DNA from: Candidatus Nomurabacteria bacterium
GTDB lineage: Bacteria > Patescibacteriota > Minisyncoccia > Phycocordibacterales > UBA9973
Reading direction: 5' to 3'
Length of the DNA stretch: 64,000 bases
Assembly (NCBI GenBank): GCA_023267195.1
Contig: JAHFNT010000002.1
Coordinates: 87,830-151,829, forward strand
Every line of letters starts with the position of its first letter. The first letter of the stretch is position 1. Shown piece by piece: positions 31,349-39,601 of this stretch. Under the pieces are notes generated by a model that made no database searches, was not told where the DNA came from, and saw nothing but the letters and a program-made list of their open reading frames with translations. The translations under genes were made by a program, and so were the position numbers.

Positions 31349-32128
31349 TTAATTTGTTTTTTCGCTCGTAATTGTTTTTAGAGCTTCATTAATAGTCCCA
31401 ATTGACGCAAAAGAAATATTTTCTCCTGAAAGGGCTATACCCAAAGCCTCGCCATCTAGATTGAGCACCAGCCCGCCCCCATTGCCCTTAGAAACATTTA
31501 AATCTAAACTTTTGTCTGCGTTAAGCCCTTCAAAAATAGAAGAAGAGATGGCACTGCCAAGTACCAAAATCTTCTGTCCAATTTTCATATTGTTTAAATC
31601 ACCGAAATCAGGAACAGTAAAGGCTGGCTTACTTTTTTCATCGAGCGGCGCGCCGATTTTCAAAAGGGAGAACCCCGCTTTATCTGTAGAAATAAAATCT
31701 GCTTTAAATTTTCCACTTCCGTTTTTTACGTAATAAACTCCTTTATCAAACACCAAACCCGCATCAACAGCAACAAGGCCATCTAGAGAAACTGCAAATC
31801 CCTTCCCTGCCGAAACTTCAACAACAGTTTGTAAATCTACATCTTGCACTTCTTTAGTCACAGAAAAAATGGACGATTGGTTTTTGGCGATAGCATCCAC
31901 GACCAAATCCTCTTCTTTCACGACCACCGTTTGCACTGTCGTCTTGCCTTCTACTTGCTGAATTTTTTCAACTGTTTGTTTGATAACTCGATTAACAGGA
32001 ACAGTAAAAGAATCCGGCGCCTGCTGCATCAGGGTGACTGTGGTAATACCAGTCGCTATAGAAGTGACAAAGCTAAGCAATACAGCCAGCAATATCAATT
32101 GTGATTTGTTTAAATCTTTAATATCCAT
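31349..32128 (-). CDS. membrane-anchored trypsin-like (HtrA/S1C-like) domain protein, probably catalytically inactive
   Basis: N-terminal [23 protein letters not shown] aligns with the GNSGGPLVNLDGEVIGI serine motif, but Ser is replaced by Gly. Confidence 0.4.
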   Translation of the reverse strand: MDIKDLNKSQLILLAVLLSFVTSIATGITTVTLMQQAPDSFTVPVNRVIKQTVEKIQQVEGKTTVQTVVVKEEDLVVDAIAKNQSSIFSVTKEVQDVDLQTVVEVSAGKGFAVSLDGLVAVDAGLVFDKGVYYVKNGSGKFKADFISTDKAGFSLLKIGAPLDEKSKPAFTVPDFGDLNNMKIGQKILVLGSAISSSIFEGLNADKSLDLNVSKGNGGGLVLNLDGEALGIALSGENISFASIGTINEALKTITSEKTN

Positions 32129-32131
32129 CTA

Positions 32132-33295
32132 TCAATTGTACCACTTTTTTAGTTTTTGCAAAATTTTAGATAAAGCTTTTATGGTGTAATCAATGTCTTG
32201 TTTGGTTGTGTCCCGTCCCAAAGAAAAACGCAAGCCTCCGATTTCAGTATCTGTTTCCGGACGTATCGCTTGGATAACATATGAGCCCTCTCCTCGAGAA
32301 CTTTTACAAGCACTTTTGGCTGAAATCAAAATACCCTTTGAGGAAAGCTCAATCACTAAAAGATCGCTTGGAATTTTCGGAACAGTTATATTTACATTAT
32401 TAGGCAATCTTAATTTAGAATCACCGTTTAGAATAATTTTAAAAGGCATTTGCAAAAGTTTTGAAATAAAATAATTGCGAAGTTTCACCAAGCGTTTTAT
32501 TTCTTTTTCTTTAACTTTTTCCACATTCTCTAGCGCTTTGGCAAGTTCTACCGCCAAGGCGACATTTTCTGTACCTGGTCGCAAACCGAACTCTTGCTCT
32601 CCACCAAACATAATTTGGCTGATCGGCGTATTTTTCTTTATGTATAAAATACCTATCCCCTTCGGCCCATAAATTTTTGCTCCGTTCAAAGACATTAAAT
32701 CAACACCCAGCTTCTCAACTTTTACCGGCAAATAATTAACGGCTTGCACAGCATCAGTATGGAAAAAAATTTTTTGTTTATTTATTTTATTGAAATACCT
32801 TATCTCCTTGGCGATCTCTTGGAGAGGCTGGACCGTTCCTATTTCATTGTTTGCATATTGCACCGAAACTAGGACAGTGTTCTGCTTCAACATTTTCTTT
32901 ATTTTTCTCGGATCAACTATGCCAGCAGGTTCTACTTCTATATATGTCACCTCTACTTGCCTGGTCTTCTCCAAATATCTAAAAACTTCCAAGACAGAAG
33001 AGTGCTCGATGTTTGTTGTTATGATGTGTGGCTTTTTAAAATTTTTAACTAACCCTAAAATCGCCAAATTGTTACTCTCAGTTGCTCCGGAGGTAAAAAT
33101 AATTTCCCCGTTTCTCGCACCCAATATATTGGCGATAATTTTTCTCGCACTTTCTAATTTGTTTTTTTCTTTCAATCCAAATTCATGAATTGCTCCCGGG
33201 TTCGCAGACTGAAAGAGCGCGCTCCCGGCATAATCTAGGTATATTTTCTTGATTTTTCTTGCCCCGCCACGATGGGATGAATTTGATTTGACCAT
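32132..33295 (-). CDS. cysteine desulfurase (class V aminotransferase, IscS/NifS/SufS family)
   Basis: IYLDYAGS...FTSGATESNN, PLP-lysine region, and C-terminal SAKSAC (active-site Cys loop). Confidence 0.85.
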   Translation of the reverse strand: MVKSNSSHRGGARKIKKIYLDYAGSALFQSANPGAIHEFGLKEKNKLESARKIIANILGARNGEIIFTSGATESNNLAILGLVKNFKKPHIITTNIEHSSVLEVFRYLEKTRQVEVTYIEVEPAGIVDPRKIKKMLKQNTVLVSVQYANNEIGTVQPLQEIAKEIRYFNKINKQKIFFHTDAVQAVNYLPVKVEKLGVDLMSLNGAKIYGPKGIGILYIKKNTPISQIMFGGEQEFGLRPGTENVALAVELAKALENVEKVKEKEIKRLVKLRNYFISKLLQMPFKIILNGDSKLRLPNNVNITVPKIPSDLLVIELSSKGILISAKSACKSSRGEGSYVIQAIRPETDTEIGGLRFSLGRDTTKQDIDYTIKALSKILQKLKKWYN

Positions 33296-33319
33296 AAAAA
33301 TAGTATATATTGAAAATGT

Positions 33320-33787
33320 ATGAATACAAATCTCGACAATGTTTTTTTCTGGGCTTTTTTTGTTTTCGCCTGCCTGGCCATATTAGTCGGCACTGTTTGG
33401 GCAGTTGTTACTGAAAAACGCTTAAAAAGATTTTTCCTAGGCAAAAAAGCTAAGGATCTCGAAGATACTATCACAATACTAGAAAATGAGATAGTTAAAT
33501 TAAATAAATCAAAAAATAATATTGAGAAAGAAATAGTTAATATAAATTCTAAGCTCAAGAAAAGCATCCGCGGCCTCGAGACCATACGCTTCAACCCGTT
33601 CCCCGACCAAGGTAGCAATCAAAGTTTTGCTATCGGAATGCTTAATGAAGAAGGTGATGGATTGGTAATGTCTAGCTTATATTCTCGCGAACGCATGAGT
33701 GTATTTGCTAAACCAATCAAAAAAGGGCAATCTACTTATGAATTAACAAGTGAAGAAAGGGAGGCTTTAGAGAAAGCAAAAGTGTAA
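33320..33787 (+). CDS. DUF4446-like membrane/coiled-coil protein
   Basis: TM, then a coiled coil, then TIRFNPFPDQGSNQSFAIGMLNEEGDGLVMSSLYSRE. Confidence 0.4.
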   Translation: MNTNLDNVFFWAFFVFACLAILVGTVWAVVTEKRLKRFFLGKKAKDLEDTITILENEIVKLNKSKNNIEKEIVNINSKLKKSIRGLETIRFNPFPDQGSNQSFAIGMLNEEGDGLVMSSLYSRERMSVFAKPIKKGQSTYELTSEEREALEKAKV

Positions 33788-33790
33788 TAT

Positions 33791-35326
33791 ATGGAAAAAG
33801 ATGCAAAAAAATCAAGTGTGCAAATGCGCGCGCCCATAGTGGCGGTTATGGGACATATTGATCATGGGAAATCAACGCTTTTAGACTATATCCGAAAAAC
33901 AAATGTGGTGGAACGTGAAGCAGGAGGTATTACTCAATGCATTTCCGCTTACGAGGTTTTGCATAAAGACGAAAAAGGTATTGAGCAAAAAATAACTTTT
34001 CTTGACACTCCAGGACATGAAGCATTTTCTAAAATGAGAGAGCGTGGAGCTGAAATAGCTGATATCGCCATTTTGGTTGTTTCAGCGTCCGAGGGAGTAA
34101 AACCCCAAACCATTGAAGCGTGGAAAACCATTGCCGAATCTAAAATCCCCTGCATTGTGGCGATAAATAAAATAGACACCCCGGGCGCCAATATTGAAAA
34201 GACAAAACAAGAATTAGCGGAGCATGAAATTTATTTAGAAAATTATGGAGGCAAAATCCCCTACGCCGAGATTTCTGCCAAAGTCGGCACTGGAGTGGAT
34301 AATTTATTGTCGCTCATTTTGATTTTGGCGGAGATGGAAAATTTCACAGGAAATCAAGCAGAAAATGCAACTGGCTTCGTCATTGAAGTAAATCTAGATT
34401 CAAAGAGGGGTATCTTAGCGACCTTGATCATAAAAAATGGTTCAATAAGAAAAGGAATGACTGTGGCGGTAGAAGATAGTATTTGCTCTACAAGAATTAT
34501 AGAAAATTTCAAGGGAGAAACAATAGATTCCGCCACTTTCTCTTCGCCCATACGCATTATGGGTTTTAATAAAATGCCTAGAGTTGGAGCAAAGTTTGTA
34601 TCCTTTTTGAAAAAGTCAGAGGCTGAAAAATACGCAGAAAATTGGCAAAATGAAAAAAATCTCGTAAAAAATAGAAAAATAGAAAGCAAAGAACAAAGTG
34701 AAACAAATAAAAAAGTAATACCAGTGGTATTAAAAGCAGATGTCTCTGGCTCAATCGAAGCCATTGAAAAAGAAATAAATAAAATAAAAAATAAACCGGG
34801 GCTCGAAAATGTGGAACTCAGAATTGTCGGCAGAGGCATAGGGCCCATTTCTGAATCAGATATGAAAGGCATATCTTCAGGTGAAGACGCACTGGTCATA
34901 GGATTCAATGTAAAAGCTGATCGTACTGCCATGGAAATTGCGGAAAAAAGAGGTATCGTAATTTCCTTTTTTGACATCATTTACAAAATGACGGAATGGT
35001 TAGAAAAACAGATGGAAGAAAAAAGGCCGAAAATTGAAACAATCGAAACAACTGGCCGAGCCAAAATTATTCGAGCCTTCAGTCGGACCAAAGAACGCCA
35101 GATAATCGGGGGTAAGGTAGTGGAAGGAAAAATCAGCCTAAACAGCACTGTCAGAATAATGCGCCGAGATTTTGAAATTGGGCGGGGTAAAATTGTAAAT
35201 CTAGAAAAAAGCAAAGTGAAAGCAAGCGAGGTAGGAGAAGGCGCCGAGTTTGGGATGATGCTTGAATCTAAAATAGAAATAGTGGCCGGAGATATCATAG
35301 AATCATTCGCGATAATACAAAAATAA
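33791..35326 (+). CDS. infB: translation initiation factor IF-2, short form
   Basis: RAPIVAVMGHIDHGKSTLLD, DTPGHEAF, NKID. Domains G-II-G3-C2 are present and the N-terminal extension is absent. Confidence 0.92.
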   Translation: MEKDAKKSSVQMRAPIVAVMGHIDHGKSTLLDYIRKTNVVEREAGGITQCISAYEVLHKDEKGIEQKITFLDTPGHEAFSKMRERGAEIADIAILVVSASEGVKPQTIEAWKTIAESKIPCIVAINKIDTPGANIEKTKQELAEHEIYLENYGGKIPYAEISAKVGTGVDNLLSLILILAEMENFTGNQAENATGFVIEVNLDSKRGILATLIIKNGSIRKGMTVAVEDSICSTRIIENFKGETIDSATFSSPIRIMGFNKMPRVGAKFVSFLKKSEAEKYAENWQNEKNLVKNRKIESKEQSETNKKVIPVVLKADVSGSIEAIEKEINKIKNKPGLENVELRIVGRGIGPISESDMKGISSGEDALVIGFNVKADRTAMEIAEKRGIVISFFDIIYKMTEWLEKQMEEKRPKIETIETTGRAKIIRAFSRTKERQIIGGKVVEGKISLNSTVRIMRRDFEIGRGKIVNLEKSKVKASEVGEGAEFGMMLESKIEIVAGDIIESFAIIQK

Positions 35327-35342
35327 TACCCCCTCCAAACCT

Positions 35343-35362
35343 CCCCCTTCGCAGGGGGAGAA
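35343..35362. repeat. GC-rich hairpin (CTCCCCC-TTCGCA-GGGGGAG) between infB and rbfA, member of the CCCTTCGC/CAGGGG repeat family
   Basis: Seen in sequence. There is no U-run on the + strand, so it is not a canonical terminator. Confidence 0.45.
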
Positions 35363-35374
35363 GGAATAAAAAAC

Positions 35375-35695
35375 ATGAACCGAAATGAAAAAGTAGCTGG
35401 AGAGATCAAAGAGCTGGCGGCACAATTTTTAGAACGTGAGAATGATCGAACTTCACTCATCACTATAATTTCCGCCAATGTTTCCCCGGACCTAAAAAGG
35501 GGAACACTGTTCATCACCGTACTTCCAACAGAAAAAGAGACGAGCGCGCTCAACTTTGTGAGAAGGCAACTTGGAGATTTTAGAAAATATTTGAAAAACA
35601 ATCTGCAGATAAAGACAATCCCCTTCCTTGATGTGGCTATAGATCTAGGTGAAAAAAATAGACAAAAAATTGACGAATTGCTCAGAGAAAAGTAA
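35375..35695 (+). CDS. rbfA: ribosome-binding factor A
   Basis: 106 aa with the KH-like RbfA pattern (...TLFITVLP...), in the conserved position downstream of infB. Confidence 0.85.
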   Translation: MNRNEKVAGEIKELAAQFLERENDRTSLITIISANVSPDLKRGTLFITVLPTEKETSALNFVRRQLGDFRKYLKNNLQIKTIPFLDVAIDLGEKNRQKIDELLREK

Positions 35696-35706
35696 TATGG
35701 CAAGAT

Positions 35707-35778
35707 GGCCTGGTAGCCAAGTGGTAAGGCATTCCTCTGCAAAAGGAATATACGGCGGTTCAATTCCGCCCCAGGCCT
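35707..35778 (+). tRNA. tRNA-Cys (GCA)
   Basis: Acceptor ggcctgg/ccaggcc, anticodon stem ttcct/aggaa with loop ctGCAaa, T-arm ggcgg-ttcaatt-ccgcc. Confidence 0.8.
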
Positions 35779-35896
35779 CAAAAAATTAAACAGTTTTAAT
35801 TTTTTGCTGGTTCGCAGCAAGCGAAATTGCCGATGTGAGACGAAATCGAGCAGGCAATAAGAAAAGAGATATGTTAAAATATTTTAGGATATAATT

Positions 35897-35978
35897 TGCC
35901 CGAGTGGCGGAACTGGTATACGCGCACGACTTAAAATCGTGTCTCGCAAGGGATGTGGGTTCGATTCCCACCTCGGGC
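35897..35978 (+). tRNA. tRNA-Leu (TAA)
   Basis: Acceptor gcccgag/ctcgggc, anticodon loop ctTAAaa, long variable arm, T-arm tgggttcgattccca. Confidence 0.78.
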
Positions 35979-36010
35979 ACTGGGAATCTTTAAAAATTAA
36001 ATATAAATTT

Positions 36011-36083
36011 GCGTCCATAGCTCAGCTGGTAGAGCAGATCCCTCTTAAGGATAAGGTCGGAGGTTCGATCCCTCCTGGACGCA
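36011..36083 (+). tRNA. tRNA-Lys (CTT)
   Basis: Acceptor gcgtcca/tggacgc, D-arm gctc-agctggta-gagc, anticodon loop ctCTTaa, T-arm ggagg-ttcgatc-cctcc. Confidence 0.7.
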
Positions 36084-36111
36084 CAGGGCAAAAATAAAGT
36101 AGTTTATTTTT

Positions 36112-36196
36112 GCCGGGGTGGCGAAATTGGCAGACGCACTTGCCTTAGGAGCAAGCGGAGTGATCCATGGGAGTTCAAGTCTCCCCCCCGGCACCA
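36112..36196 (+). tRNA. tRNA-Leu (TAG)
   Basis: Acceptor gccgggg/ccccggc, anticodon stem cttgc/gcaag with loop ctTAGga, long variable arm, CCA encoded. Confidence 0.8.
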
Positions 36197-36232
36197 CTTG
36201 ACTTTTACTCTTGAATATGCTATACTATACCT

Positions 36233-37060
36233 ATGAGTAAAATAAATAAAAAATCAATGAGTTTCGGCTTGAAAATATTGACTATTTTAGCTTTCTGCCT
36301 CCTTTTTGTACCTTTTGAAAAAGCGGCAGCATCCTATGGTACCAATATCACTTACAATGTAGGTGGTGGAAGCTATTTCGGCAGAACGCCCATAGATCAG
36401 CCGGTAGAAATAGAAAATAACCCGGTTCCGGGTGTCAGATCTATCAACCCAAGATCTGCCGACAGATATACAGGCGGAAAAACTATTACCATCACTGGAA
36501 GCAATTTCGTACCTGGTTCAGTAGCTAGATTGAACGGCTCAAATCGCCCCACAACCTTTATTGATTATTCTCATCTGTTGATTCAATTAAGCGCAAGCGA
36601 CATGAATCGTGCCGATGGTTTTTACATCACGGTCTTCAATGGTCTGCCTGGTGGTGGGTATTCTAATGCGGCTTTCTTCACTATCAAAAATGTCTCTCCT
36701 GCTTCCACTAACACAAGCAATAGCAATAACAACTTCAACAACAACTCCAGTGGCTATGATTATTCTGCCAATAGCAACTTTAACAACGCAAATAATACAG
36801 CCAACTGGAATACCAACACCTACGATGCTTATTCCAACACAACCAACACCACTACGGAAATAAACAGAACAAATGATACCACAGGAAACAGCTACAGCAA
36901 TTTAGCCTCGAATGCAATCTTTGGATCAAACACTTTCTTACCTTCTGGATTGGTGCAATGGGTATTGCTCGCAATAATCATCCTAATCATTGTGATCTTG
37001 GCAAGGAAAATATTCGGCGGAGAAAAGAGTTATCACGAAACACCGCTGAAACACGCGTAA
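36233..37060 (+). CDS. cell-surface protein: signal peptide, IPT/TIG-like Ig domain, N/S/T-rich low-complexity linker, C-terminal TM anchor
   Basis: The TIG-like segment is GGKTITITGSNFVPGSVARLNGSNRPTTFIDYSHLLIQL. The Asn/Thr/Ser-rich tract is followed by a hydrophobic C-terminus (VLLAIIILIIVIL) and a basic tail. Confidence 0.55.
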   Translation: MSKINKKSMSFGLKILTILAFCLLFVPFEKAAASYGTNITYNVGGGSYFGRTPIDQPVEIENNPVPGVRSINPRSADRYTGGKTITITGSNFVPGSVARLNGSNRPTTFIDYSHLLIQLSASDMNRADGFYITVFNGLPGGGYSNAAFFTIKNVSPASTNTSNSNNNFNNNSSGYDYSANSNFNNANNTANWNTNTYDAYSNTTNTTTEINRTNDTTGNSYSNLASNAIFGSNTFLPSGLVQWVLLAIIILIIVILARKIFGGEKSYHETPLKHA

Positions 37061-37080
37061 AAAAGCTTCAAAATAACGAA

Positions 37081-37115
37081 AAAGTCAGCCTCAATAGGGT
37101 TGACTTTTTCGTTAT
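37081..37115 (+). terminator. rho-independent terminator after the 36233-37060 gene
   Basis: aaagtcagcc-tcaata-gggttgacttttt (10-bp stem with one G-U) plus a T-run. Confidence 0.6.
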
Positions 37116-37128
37116 TGTATGATACAAT
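37100..37128 (+). promoter_or_regulatory. sigma70-like promoter (TTGACT-17-TACAAT) driving the GC-rich SPFH island transcript
   Basis: The -35 lies in the terminator's descending arm. About 250 nt of GC-palindrome-rich leader follows before the ATG at 37386. Confidence 0.4.
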
Positions 37129-37385
37129 ATCGGAGTATTCTAGTACTTTGAAAATAAGAAATAAAAACATTGAGGTAAGACCTCAGTGTTGAATAGTTGG
37201 CTCGCCAAGAAATGAAACAACCTCTCCGGCCTTCGGCCACCCTCTCCTGGCCAGGAGAGGGCCAGGGTGAGGTAGTCAAATTTATTTTTTAGCGAGCGAA
37301 CTATTCACGAAGTTTCAGTATTCACCAATCTCACAACCCGCGCCCGCGGGCGCACAACAGCGCCAACGGCGCAGGAGAAAAGAAA

Positions 37386-38243
37386 ATGAACGGAAATCTG
37401 GCACCACGCACAGAAACATCGGGGGGGCTGCTTATAAAACTGATCGGGCTAGGCCTGATCGGTGGGATCTTCTTCCATTGGCTCCTCCAGTTCTGGGGTG
37501 TGGTAATCTTCTTCGTGGTCCTCGCAATCACGACAGAATACTACACTGAGACGGTAGCTGGATACCGGGCCCACATCCTGCTTGACCAGTGGAAGGGCAC
37601 CCAGCGAACGGTCTTTCAGGGCTGGTGGTTCAAACTTCCTTGGGAAACTCTTACTCAGGACATCGATCTAAAGGGTGAACTCAAGGAAGTGCTCACTGAA
37701 ACCTACAGTTCTAGGGACGGATCGATGGATGTCAAGTATGTCTATACGATTCGCCCCGACTTTTTCGGTCCAGATGGAGGTGAGAAGATCATCTTGTATG
37801 CGTCCTTTGAAACGGACGTGATCAAGATGAAGGGCCGGGCCTGCGCCAGCCAGGCGCTGTCCGACTACTTCGGTACGAAACCGACCGAAGAGCTTCTCGA
37901 CAAGCACAAGATCGAAGAGGAAGCTCTTAAGTCTGGGTCGAAGGGGAAACTGAAGCTCGAAGAGTTCGAGAAACACTATGGAGCGAGGATCGAGATCACC
38001 CTCGAAGACAGCGATCGGGACAAGGCGACACAGGCTGCCCGTGACACTGTCTCGAAGGCGAAGTCGATCGCCGAGGCGAAGGCCGCGCTCGTGGCAACTG
38101 GTATGGATCCAGCAGTTGCAGACAAGACTGTAAGGATGCTCAACATCCCTGGTATCCAGGAGTACATCGTGAATCTGGATGCCAAGGGGCTTGAGAACCT
38201 AACCAGTGTGGTCATCGGCGGAGGACTCGGGGTGAAGAAATGA
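37386..38243 (+). CDS. SPFH / band-7 (stomatin-prohibitin-flotillin-HflK/C) family membrane protein
   Basis: N-terminal TM. TVFQGWWFKLPWETL..DLKGELKEVLTETYSSRDGSMDVKYVYTIRP and GARIEITLEDSD...AARDTVSKAKSIAEAKAA match the SPFH core and Ala/Glu-rich tail. The segment is high-GC, unlike the flanks. Confidence 0.6.
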   Translation: MNGNLAPRTETSGGLLIKLIGLGLIGGIFFHWLLQFWGVVIFFVVLAITTEYYTETVAGYRAHILLDQWKGTQRTVFQGWWFKLPWETLTQDIDLKGELKEVLTETYSSRDGSMDVKYVYTIRPDFFGPDGGEKIILYASFETDVIKMKGRACASQALSDYFGTKPTEELLDKHKIEEEALKSGSKGKLKLEEFEKHYGARIEITLEDSDRDKATQAARDTVSKAKSIAEAKAALVATGMDPAVADKTVRMLNIPGIQEYIVNLDAKGLENLTSVVIGGGLGVKK

Positions 38244-38662
38244 GCCATGATTCTTCTTCCCCCAACACTCCCCCTAGGGGACCTGCAGTCATCAGTGGGG
38301 TCTTCTTGTTGATCGCATTGATCTTGTCGGTAAGGGAATACAGGGCACAGAGGGCAACGCCCGACCCCACTCCGATCCCCACGCCGGCCCCCCACTACCA
38401 GCCCGCGCCGGCAGTTCCGACCCAGGCAAGGAGGCTCTACCTCTTTGCTGACTACCCGAACGGCGTCATCACGGTAGATGTACACATCGGGGAGGTGGAC
38501 TTCTACCCCAAAGGCGGAGAGGTGTTGATCACCCCTCCGCCCCCACTCAAGCCGTGGAAGGACAAGCCCGGAACGATCAACCCTCGCAGGAAGTTCATCC
38601 CGGGTAAATACAACATCCAAAAGTCAGATCCTGATGCCATCGGCATCGAGGTCTGGAACTAA
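38240..38662 (+). CDS. membrane-anchored Pro-rich protein, translationally coupled (ATGA overlap) to the SPFH gene; function unknown
   Basis: One TM (VISGVFLLIALILSV), a PTPIPTPAP linker, and a small beta-rich C-terminal domain. A weak resemblance to NfeD was considered but not supported. Confidence 0.45.
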   Translation: MSHDSSSPNTPPRGPAVISGVFLLIALILSVREYRAQRATPDPTPIPTPAPHYQPAPAVPTQARRLYLFADYPNGVITVDVHIGEVDFYPKGGEVLITPPPPLKPWKDKPGTINPRRKFIPGKYNIQKSDPDAIGIEVWN

Positions 38663-38713
38663 CAACTGTTCTTCGGCCACACATCGCGCCTGGCCAGCGT
38701 ACGCATCGAATCG

Positions 38714-38749
38714 AAAAGGGCGGACAGGTTTTGAAACCTACCGCCCTTT
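38714..38749. terminator. bidirectional hairpin terminator between the GC-rich island (+) and the pilin-like array (-)
   Basis: aaaagggcgg-acaggttttgaaacctac-ccgcccttt. Confidence 0.55.
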
Positions 38750-38777
38750 CTCAATTTCTACCCAAATTTTTTTCTTA

Positions 38778-39104
38778 CTAGCTAGGCTCAGGTAAATCCA
38801 CTGTTCCCTTTTCTGGATCTATTTGACTCTTGGGTATACCTAGTGTATTCAGAAGAATGCTGAGAATAGTCCAAACTCCCATCATTATGGTGATCCCTAT
38901 CACCCCCCAAAGCATATGGCTCTTCGCGGTTGTTTTTTTCTCTTCGTTTTCTTGATTCAAAAAGAACTGAAGAACGCCATAGAGAAAATAAAGTATCGCT
39001 AAAGCAAAAAGGAAAAGAATGAGTGGATTTATAATCACAGTATCAACTTTTGCTATAAAAGAATCCAAGCTAGCGTAAGCTATTTTTGTAGAAAATAAAT
39101 CCAT
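38778..39104 (-). CDS. small 2-TM hairpin 'pilin-like' membrane protein, paralog 5 of tandem array
   Basis: INPLILFLFALAILYFLYGV - NQENEEKK - MLWGVIGITIMMGVWTIL. Same helix / G.EE.K loop / GhhGhhhhhGhW helix architecture as 39110-41237. Confidence 0.55.
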   Translation of the reverse strand: MDLFSTKIAYASLDSFIAKVDTVIINPLILFLFALAILYFLYGVLQFFLNQENEEKKTTAKSHMLWGVIGITIMMGVWTILSILLNTLGIPKSQIDPEKGTVDLPEPS

Positions 39105-39109
39105 GTTTA

Positions 39110-39484
39110 TTAATACTGAACAGTTGGAAGATTTACATTCTGGACATTACCAACACCAAACGAGTCCAATAGAAGATTTACTAGACCCCAGACACCCACG
39201 ATAACCGCAAGACCGACTATACCGTAGATCATCACGCTTCTAGCGCTAGATTTCTTCTCTTCATCACCGGCAATAACATAGGAGATAACTCCCCAGATGA
39301 AGTAGAGTACTGCCAAAACGATGACTATTGGAATAGCAGCATTCAAAAAATCTCCTACTTTACAAAGCACATTCTGGATCGTTCCAGAATTAGTATTCAG
39401 GTCACAAAAAGCCTGAGTCTGTGCAAACGCAACGACCGGTAAACTCAAAACCAAACCTGACAATACCATTAATTTCTTTTTCAT
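39110..39484 (-). CDS. small secreted 2-TM hairpin 'pilin-like' protein, paralog 4
   Basis: Signal peptide, Cys pair (AFCDLN...VLCKVGD), AIPIVIVLAVLYFIWGV - AGDEEKKSSARS - MIYGIVGLAVIVGVWGLV. Confidence 0.55.
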   Translation of the reverse strand: MKKKLMVLSGLVLSLPVVAFAQTQAFCDLNTNSGTIQNVLCKVGDFLNAAIPIVIVLAVLYFIWGVISYVIAGDEEKKSSARSVMIYGIVGLAVIVGVWGLVNLLLDSFGVGNVQNVNLPTVQY

Positions 39485-39601
39485 AATTTATTTACCCCGC
39501 CTAGCGGGGCAAGCTAACAATAATTAATAATAAATGCGACCTATAATAATAAACTAATAATGTCCTCTAATTATAACCCTTAATAAAATTACAAGCAAAT
39601 A

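Noticed and set aside
33949-35820. Minus-strand ORFs 33949-34191, 34354-34980 and 34981-35820 (up to 279 aa)
   Set aside because: Antisense to infB/rbfA and running across tRNA-Cys. Translations are low-complexity Ser/Phe/Leu-rich, typical of the reverse frame of AT-rich coding DNA.
37668-38620. Minus-strand ORFs 37668-37976 and 37976-38620 inside the GC-rich island
   Set aside because: High GC removes stop codons on the antisense strand. The translations are Arg/Pro/Gly-rich with no motifs, whereas the + strand genes show SPFH-family similarity and ATGA coupling.
38240-38662. NfeD-like identity for the protein coupled to the SPFH gene
   Set aside because: It has only a single TM plus a Pro-rich linker and a short beta-rich domain. 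The NfeD OB-fold motif could not be aligned convincingly, so it is left as unknown.
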